This document shows, one piece after another, positions 54,971-64,000 of a stretch of 64,000 nucleotides of DNA. Position numbers and translations under genes: made by a program. Below the pieces are notes generated by a model that saw nothing but the letters and a program-made list of their open reading frames with translations, was not told where the DNA came from and ran no database searches. The first letter of the stretch is position 1, and each line of letters opens with the position of its first letter. The stretch covers positions 117,986,001 through 118,050,000 of the forward strand of contig OX597818.1 in assembly GCA_951406725.2 (NCBI GenBank), written 5' to 3'. Source of the stretch: Octopus vulgaris (taxonomy: Eukaryota).

Positions 54971-55963
54971 TTAGTTATCTTAATATCATTTTCCAATGAA
55001 ATACCTAGATTGTACTTTGTAACTAGTGTATATACCATATATCGTCAATTTCTAGATTCTTGGTCGTTTGTATACATTATCATGTACTGCTGATATTGCT
55101 TCTATTATGAGCATATTGTTAAATGATGTTTTTACTTTCAATATGTAGATGTTCTCTACATATTTGCATTTCTACTTAATTTTTTCGCGTAACAAAGTAC
55201 TATATGACACTTCTTATTTATTTCCTAATGTTGGATTGAACAGCGCGAATGCAATATATATTTAAAAACGATTTGGATAGTTAAGCATTTGCATACACAC
55301 CAAAATAAATGGGTGTATCCCGAAATCCACGTTATAAAACATAAGCTATTCTGTCATCTGATATTGCCATATAACAATACACGGACGAATAGAACGACAG
55401 TTCCATCTTAATTTATGCCTATGTGTAATATAGAAAACTTACATTAAACGTATTATAGAAATAAAATTCATACTTTCAAATACTGAAGATGAACACTGTA
55501 ATATAAATCTGGAAATGATTACATAACGCTAGAGCTTGCAGTAATGATGTTTTAGAGAAACTTTATGGAAAACTTTCTCATCTGAGATCAAATATAAATA
55601 GCAGGCAGTAGATGCAATTAGAAATGACCAATAGAACTTACAAATCAAATTGCAAGTTGTAAAGAAATGATTCTCAAAGCCATAGAGATCATACAAATCT
55701 CAGACTTACGAGAAGGATAAAATTACAATTATAACATGTCTGAATAGCGATTTGATACACAAAACAACATGAGACAAAATTACATGGGAATATATTAATA
55801 GAATATAAGGAAAGACGCAGACTCGGTAGATTTCGTAATAAAATAGACAGAAACTAATAGAATATGTACTCCAGTAACACACAATGATGAACGAAACATA
55901 AAAAAAAAGAAAACTACATAAAAGATATTTGTCATAAACGGCAAAAGAAAAGAGGACGGAAAG

Positions 55964-56027
<64 letters not shown>

Positions 56028-56558
56028 GTAAAATATGAAAAATCAACGAAAATGCATACTGCAAATAGATAAGGGCTATTTATGACAGGGAGTGACAAAT
56101 ATATACATTTAGATTGATTGAGGTAGTAATACGAGTCACAAAGGTCATTATTATGAGATGATTATAAAATGATAATAAAGTAAGAGAACAAAACGAACCA
56201 GTGGTTTACGCGAAGACTATTCATCGTTTGATATATATATATATATTTCTGTTTAAACGGAGCGGGGCGTTGAAGGTTCGAAACGCACACAAGTTGACGT
56301 AGTGAATAGATGTCACTATCTCCAACTGAAAATTGCAAAGTATGTTTTTTCATTCGCAGCATGAAATCAATTGATATTAGGGTGTGTAAACTATCTTCAA
56401 AATCCATCCTGAAGGTAGGCATAATTTTTGAAGTGTTCATTGCATTCACGTGTGTGTATTTACCGTAGCATTGGTGGTTTTTAAAGCTTTCGCTTTCATT
56501 TTTGGGAAGTGGTATTATATATATATAATATATATATATATATATAGGAAATTCCGAG

Positions 56559-56638
<80 letters not shown>

Positions 56639-56644
56639 TCCGAG

Positions 56645-56712
<68 letters not shown>

Positions 56713-56807
56713 TATATATAGAAAATTCTGAGCGATATATATATATAAATATATATATATCGCTCAGAATTTTATTATTACTTTATATATATATATGATT
56801 CCCAGCT

Positions 56808-56922
56808 ATATCGTTCTGGGTTCAGTCACACTACGTAGCATCTTGTAAGGATGTCTTCTACTATAGCCTCAGACGACCAGTTTTTGAGTGGACTTGGTAG
56901 GCGGAAACGGAAAGGAACTTGT
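56808..56922 (+). mobile_element. Degenerate family-A SINE 5' fragment
   Basis: gggttcagtcacactacgtagcatcttg..gtcttctactatagcctc..gagtggacttggtaggcggaaac. Confidence 0.75.
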
Positions 56923-57914
56923 CTTATGAGGGTGTGTGAGTGTGAGTGTCTGTTTGTGTATGCGTGTGATTTTTTCTATATGTGTGTGCATGTTTTATGT
57001 ATGCGTGACTATGTTTCCCATGCGCTTAGTCTCTGTTATGCACCTGTACAGAAAACTTCGCTTTTATGGAATAAACATATTCGCTATGTTGCAATGCATG
57101 TAGTCCTATATGTGTATGATGACACTTGTTCCCTAGCTACATATGAGCTGAATGCAAATTAAAGTGCAAAGATATTTCGTTAGTTCTTTTGTTGCGAGGG
57201 TGATAGCGCAAATAATAATATTAAACACAATGAGCCTCGAAACCGTTTTTGAAGAGAGAGGGCAAATTATTGAAGACTGACACACAAACAATCTACCGAT
57301 TGTTTAATCTGCAAGTTAAGCGAATGATCGGTTATTTAGTTGGTTAGATATTAAAGATATTGAATAGCAATTACAAAGTGGTATTGATCCTTTGCGTGTG
57401 TTCATTCATATTTGCGTAATGATCCTTGGAAATCAAATCAGAGTTTGTTTCAACACACGAACTCATATTAAGAATCTTACAAACCAGACCCCAATTCTAG
57501 TTTATAAAAATTAGAAGGCGATTATATTCAAACATGCCGAAGTGCGACAACCACGTCGAACTTCTGGGCATTGGTAAGGGCCTTCTACTACTCATCTTTC
57601 GTGAAGTAATTTAATTAAGGTAATGTCTCTACATTGAAGTTCGTAGTACATTACGTATAACAAATCCTTGCCTTTTGTGCAAGAAATTTTATTAATACTT
57701 ACTTTAATCTCACAATGCAGTGAGTTCGAAAATTTGTTTACAATACGTTTGAAGATAGATTTCATCAAATATAAAACCAGATACCTTTTAATGATGCCTG
57801 GGCCATCATCGGTCCCAAATGCGTAGACATGTTGGGAAGCAATTTTCGTCATGATTACTTCGTAACTACGCGACGCTAAAATTAAACCAGTGTTCAAATG
57901 ACTTCAAATTTCAC

Positions 57915-58000
57915 CTTGATCAACTTTGCTTCTCATTCGTTTGGGGTCGATAAAATAAATACAAAATAAACACGGGAATTGAAATAATCAATTAGCCCCC
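57915..58000 (+). mobile_element. Degenerate family-D SINE fragment
   Basis: tcaactttgcttctcattcgtttggggtcgataaaataaatac. Confidence 0.6.
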
Positions 58001-58879
58001 TCTCACCAATTTCTATACATGCTGCCCACACTAAAATGGAAAATAAATATGAAAGCAGCATATACTTGACTGTTTAATGAGCGTGTGACGTTTCTAGGGC
58101 GACCTGCCTGGTATTTACGACAGCTCCATTGTTGTATTTAGGCCATCACAATCGTCTCTGTCATTTTCTATCTTATACCATTCTAGTGTGTATTCAATAG
58201 AATCAGTGAGAGACATGTGAAGGAACATACTTATCATACATGAATAGGAAATAATGAATATATACATATTATATTTAACATGCACGAACAATTTATGTCC
58301 AATCCATTAAATATATACATATATAATCAATTTCGTATGTTATCGATATGTGTTTTATCGATCCCCGAGGAATGTAATTCGAAGTTGATTACAACGTAAT
58401 GTGTAAATAGAAACTACATGAAAGAAACAAATATAATCTTTACAAGACATTTATCTAGTCGTATAATATTTCTGCCACTTAATTGAAAATATTTTAGATT
58501 GGCAAACGGCCAGTGCTTTCGAATGTGATAGAGAAGCAATAAAATCGTCCACTGTACTTTAAAGATATACTGAACACAACGGGTGTTTTCACACCTTTTA
58601 CCACAAGAGAGATATTTTTTTGCCACGGAAAACACAGTTTATTTGTTTTTTAACTGTTAAAATATTTCGCAAACATATTTTAACTAACCTAAATTTTGGA
58701 TATGCTTAAACACTGCTTAAAACTAGCATTACATTATGTGTGTGTGTAGGGTGTGTGTGCATGTGTATATGTGTGTATAGTGTTTGAGCTGGTGCACACA
58801 CACACATATATTTGCATATTAAGGCATACATATCAATATGTAAGTATGTATGTATGTATGTATGTATGTATGTATGCGT

Positions 58880-59262
58880 GGAAGCACTCCGTCGGTTACG
58901 ACGACGAGGGTTCCGGTTGATCCGAATAAACGGAACAGCCTGCTCGTGAAATTAACGTGTAAGTGGCTGAGCACTCCACAGACACGTGCACCCATAACGC
59001 AGTTCTCGGGGATATTCAGCGTGACACAGAGAGTGACAAGGCCGGCCCCTTGAAATACAGGTACAACAGAAACAGGAAGTAAGGGTGAGAGAAAGTTGTG
59101 GTGAAAGAGTACAGCAGGGATCACCACCATCCCCTGCCGGAGCCTCGTGGAGCTTTTAGGTGTTTTTGCTCAATAAACACTCACAACGCCCGGTCTGGGA
59201 ATCGAAACCGCGATCCTATGACCGCGAGTCCGCTGCCCTAACCAATGGGCCATTGCGCCTCC
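58880..59262 (-). mobile_element. Family-B SINE, full length, inserted in (ATGT)n
   Basis: Near-identical reverse complement of 29482-29865. Confidence 0.94.
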
Positions 59263-59445
59263 ACATGTATGTATGTATGCATATGTTTACGAATATATGA
59301 TATCGAATGAAAAGGAATCAAACGGATAGATATCAGAGCAGCAGATGTCCAGAAGGATTTGAGATCGAAACGTAAATGGAGATAATGACATTCAACGCTG
59401 TCAATTCCGGTCTGTCAAATTTATACTGTATTGTATAATAACCCT

Positions 59446-59635
59446 ATACTCTTTCACCACACCATTCTCTCACACTTTCTTCCTGCTTCTGTTGTACTCT
59501 GTGCCACGCTGAATCTTCACAACAATTACGTTAAGGGTACACGTGTATGCGATGTAGTCAGCCACTTGCACATTTATTTCACCAGTAGGCTGTTCCGTTG
59601 ATCGGATCAACTGGAACCCTCGTCGTCGTAACCGA
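59446..59635 (+). mobile_element. Older family-B SINE 3' fragment
   Basis: tactctttcaccac...ttacgttaagggtacacgtg...ggaaccctcgtcgtcgtaaccga. Confidence 0.85.
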
Positions 59636-60410
59636 TCGAGTACCGCAATTGCAGTTGGTGCTTTCTTTAGCGTTGTCGATGGTGTTATCACGGGTCATGC
59701 CATGCTGTGGTGTCAGTGGTCTTGGTTTAGTTGTTTAAATTCTTGTTGTAATTGTTGTTGGTGTTAGTGGTGGTACATTTATTCGTAGGTTCTTTGCTAA
59801 TGTCAGTGAGAGTGGTAAACGTTACGCGCGTTTGGTTCCTTGGATTAAGGTTTTGCAGTACCTAGAAGCCAATATATTTCCTACTACAACCGCTCCTCTC
59901 TTTAAATTTGTGTTGGGCATCTTGCAAAGAAATATGTAATTATTGTAATTATATACGCAAAAACGTTTTCGGAACACGAAAGTATCTGTTTTAGTCTCTC
60001 TCTTCTATAACATAAACTTTTTCACGGCGTCACCTTTGAAAAGGAAATTGTCTATTCTTGAGGGGCAATTTGATGATCTTCTCCATGGACTAGGCCAATA
60101 ACTTACTCTGTCATAGAAGAACCTTCAACTGTTCGCCATAGTTTCACAAGTTTCCAATGCTCGAATATTCAAGCAGTATATCGTTCGGTACTCTGAAGAG
60201 CGAAGGTACAAGGTTTGTGAATAGCTCCTTGATATTCTCCGTATAGATATAAAATCAACAGAATCTTTTAATTATTGACTTTTAAAAAGTCATCCATCCC
60301 AGTAGGCCAGTAAGTCGATTTATTACGCTTTGTCCAGTATCCCTGAGAGGTTAAAGAAATGGTAGGAATATAAGGAATTAAAACAGTTGCTCTTTCTGGC
60401 AAATCCGTTG

Positions 60411-60626
60411 TACTTACTCTTTTACTCTTTTACTTTTTCAGTCATTTGACTGTGGCCATGCTGGAGCACCGCCTTTAGTCGAGCAAATTGACCCCGGGAC
60501 ATATTCTTTGTAAGCATAGTGCTTATTCTATCAGTCTTTTTTGCCGAATCGCTAGGTTACGGGAACGTAAACACACCAGCATCTGTTGTCAAGCGATTTG
60601 GAGGTACAAACACAGACCCACAAACG

Positions 60627-60664
<38 letters not shown>

Positions 60665-60824
60665 CACACGCACACACACATATATATACATATATACGAC
60701 GGGCTTCTTTCAGTTTCCGTCTACCAAATCCACTCACAAGGCTTTGGTCGGCCCGAGGCTATAGCAGAAGACCCTTGCCCAAGGTGCCACGCAGTGGGAC
60801 TGGACTGAACCCGGAACCATGTGG
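60411..60824 (-). mobile_element. Family-A SINE lacking its extreme 5' end
   Basis: Matches the other copies. Confidence 0.92.
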
Positions 60825-61344
60825 CTTGGGTTATTTGAGAAAAATTCCGTCTCGTTGAATGTGATTCGTGATAATGCTAAAGGTATTAGCCCTGTTAAAT
60901 GAGAGAAACTAAAAGCATATCAAAGTTGTAATAATTAGTTGAGATTTTCGTTTTATCCGTTATGTAAGTATATGAGCTTCAACATGAAAGAAAAATGAAA
61001 GAAATGAAGAAGAACTCAATTAACAACTAATTATTAACACAAATCTCTTTGATATATGTTTACCATTCGTTTGAAAAATAATTAATTACAATACACATCT
61101 TATATATGTACGTAGGAAGGTATATATGTATGTAAGTAGGTATCTATATGTATGCATGTGTATGTATGCATATATATATATATATATATATATAATGTAT
61201 GTATGTATGTGTGTATGCATGTATGTACATTTATGGTATATCATTTCACACGACTGCCTATATTAATCATGTGTGTGTGTGTTTGTGAGAGTATGTATTA
61301 TAATTTTGCTTTTTGATAAACATTGCACTCGGCCGTCTATATTG

Positions 61345-61347
61345 ATC

Positions 61348-61412
<65 letters not shown>

Positions 61413-61449
61413 TATACTTATATATATATACATACATATACACATATAT

Positions 61450-61498
<49 letters not shown>

Positions 61499-61635
61499 TA
61501 TACTTATATATATACATATATTTATACATATATATATATATACATATATATAAACATATATATATATATATACACTCGTATATACATATGCATATAAACA
61601 ATATATACACGTGTGTGTGTATGTGTATATATGTT
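61345..61635. repeat. (TA)n/(CATA)n block
   Basis: Directly visible. Confidence 0.96.
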
Positions 61636-62780
61636 TCTCTTTCCATATATGTGTATATGTGAACATATTCATAAACATATGTATTCAGCTGTATAAAATT
61701 ACGGATAATAACCGAACGAAAAGCTAAAAAACTAATAGGAAAGCCTGCTTTACTAGCCACAGGAGGGCAAATCACAAAATAGAATACGAATTCTAGTCTA
61801 TTGGGAGTGTGCTTATACAATAAAAGGTGAAGGGTCAAATCGGTAAGACATGACAAAAAAAAAGCAGTCACAATATATAAACGTATAAGACAAAGGCACA
61901 CACAAAGAGGTACGTAAGTAGTTGTGCGAATGTGTTTGTGTGTATAATGTTTGTTTGTGCGTATAATGTTTGTGTGTATGTTTTGCTTACATCAACGGTT
62001 TGGCGCGTAAACTGTCAGTCCATGTACAAACCATGCCAACATGTGAAATGTAGTGAGAATGACGTCGGTTTTGATAACCCATTAGAGATAATTAAGCTTG
62101 TATCAAATGACTGACCTTGACCGAAAATTACCCAGAACATAACAATAGTTCCTTTCATGTTCGACCGGCTCCAGATTTCGTTGACACTTGCATGACAATT
62201 GCGAAAATTCTATGAATTTAACAAACACATTACCAGACTCAAGTCGACACAAAATGCCGCTATTTTATCTTACTTGTTCTTCTTGTACATCTTCATTGTA
62301 TTCTTATTTTTACGGGATGTTTTATTATGTTTTTTTTTTCTTTTCTTTTCATTCCTTTCGTTACGCACATACAAACATTTGTGTGTGTAAGTATGCATGT
62401 TATCCACGAATTATCGCCGAATGACGCACACAATTACACGCTAACACAAACAAAATCACGCGCGCCCATCCACCCTGATACACACACAGACACACACGCG
62501 CTCGCACACACACATACACACAGACACACACACACGTGCATGCCCACACACGCACACCTACCTCCTCGAAACAAAGACGCAAGCACACAGACACTGTTTG
62601 CAGAGAGGCAAAAACGAAAACACAAAAAATACATACATATAAAAATAATACAAACATCCTTAAGCGCTGTGCGTGATTTTGTGAGTGTTTGGGAGGGGAA
62701 ATAAATTGATTAATATCTGTGAATATTTATATACGTTCCCATATACAACCATGCATAGACACACACACACACATAATATA

Positions 62781-63445
62781 CAGGCATATCTCGTCCTACG
62801 TCATTAATTGGTTTCTTGAGACACGACTTAAGTCGAAAGACGACTTAGGTCGAATCAACTTATCTCTAGGCTATGCCAAATATACTTGTCTCTAGGTTAA
62901 ATCGATAATAAGCATTCCCTTTTCTGTACTGTATATAGATGCATTTTCAATATTATATGGTTAATAAAAACCTATTTTAAGCTTACAAGCATTTTTTATG
63001 TTTTAATAAAGTACAGAAAAAAAAATCTAAATTTATGAATATAATTTGTTGGTGTTTACCGTACATCGCAGACGCTTTATTTATGAATGAACTTTGCAAT
63101 AAGACATGATAAAATAAAAGCCCTTTTTAAGCTTAAAACCCAACTTCAGTAATTATAATGGTCACGCGTTCTTTAGACGCCTTGTAGCCTGGAATAGTTT
63201 TCTTCTCCTTGGAAATGAATGAACGGCCTGGCAATTTCCCCCAATACAATCCAGTTTTCTGTACGTTAAAATTTTTTTCGGGATGAAACCCGTTTTCGTT
63301 GATGATTTTGTTTAATGCCTTAGGAAATTCCGCCGCTGCTTGTTCGTCAGCTGATGCACTTTCACCTTGCTTCTTAATGGAGTGATAACTTCTTCGCTCC
63401 TTAAATCTCTTGAACCATCCTTGATTTGCCTTGAACGTTAGCAAA
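62781..63445 (-). mobile_element. Tigger/pogo-family transposon fragment (one TIR and part of the transposase)
   Basis: FKANQGWFKRFKER..GESASAD..FNVQKTGLYW.KLP.RSFISK..PGYKASKERVT is the CENP-B HTH/DDE start with DET mutated. Terminus TA|caggcatatctcgtcctacg with two cgactta(a/g)gtcg subterminal palindromes. Confidence 0.92.
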
Positions 63446-63549
63446 AGTAACCCACTTGGCTCCGTGCATTCGTCGCAATGGCTGCGATATACGACCGCCT
63501 CCCATCGGAAAAGGAGCGGTCAGTTTCGCCCGTTCTGAGTTCGAGAGTA

Positions 63550-63902
63550 GATCGACGCCGTCAACGTCTCAGATGGGTTGAGGACAATAATATGCAGTTT
63601 AATAATGGAAAAGTCCAAGCTCTACGCTACCAGCATCCAATATTGAACTAAAAATATATAGGGCACACTGGCCCAGTGTGGATTACTATCCTAGAACCTA
63701 CATCAATGCGTGAACTGGGTATCGACATGAATGATGATACCTTTTTCCAAGTGCATATTACCAAGGTGGTGACAAAGTGTAGACGGCTGGCTGACTGGAT
63801 CCTGAGAAGCTTCAGAACCTGTTAGAAGGAAACCACGAAGGTCCTGTGGAGGAGCTTCCTCTTCACCCACCTGGACTAGTGCTCCCAACTATGGTCACCA
63901 CA
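63550..63902 (+). mobile_element. CR1/Jockey-group LINE RT C-terminal fragment
   Basis: RWVEDNNMQFNNGKVQALRY..RELGIDM..HITKVVTKCRRLADWILRSFRT..HLD*CSQLWSP. Confidence 0.85.
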
Positions 63903-63990
63903 GAATTTGAACTCAGAGCGTAAGTCGCAGACGAAATATCACTAAGGATTCTCTGTCGTCTGCTAACTATTTTGCTAGCTCGCCATCTTA
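63902..63990 (-). mobile_element. Family-D SINE head fragment
   Basis: gaatttgaactcagagcgtaa..gcagacgaaata..gctagctcgcc. Confidence 0.7.
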
Positions 63991-64000
63991 TGTGTATAGA

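Noticed and set aside
56548-56773. Regularly spaced short repeats resembling a CRISPR array
   Set aside because: The repeats are only 13-14 bp, the spacers are pure (AT)n, the context is eukaryotic and there are no cas genes.

Overview
AT-rich eukaryotic DNA, saturated with microsatellites and read as intronic or intergenic. The tRNA-derived SINE families and repeat style point to an octopus (coleoid cephalopod) genome; this is inference. No intact host gene is recognisable, and most ORFs in the track are translations of (TA)n/(CA)n/(TATC)n tracts or of SINEs. The window holds about 25 SINE copies from about 7 modular families (labelled A-G here). It also holds three mariner relics (one internally deleted with perfect TIRs), a Tigger/pogo fragment, two MULE relics and a non-autonomous Helitron. 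Retroelement relics include RTE, CR1-like, RLE-type (HERO-like) and Penelope-like fragments and a gag-like ORF1 relic. The most notable observations are a type-I hammerhead-ribozyme motif at 38109-38162, a highly structured 3' UTR of the RLE retrotransposon, and two fold-back duplications centred on (TA)n tracts. Also notable are a ~63-bp direct repeat (probable TSD) around an RTE insertion, two SINE-LINE tail partnerships, a 240-bp inverted repeat of an unidentified coding-like segment, and a few weak minus-strand exon candidates. All assignments were made by eye; boundaries of degenerate relics are approximate.
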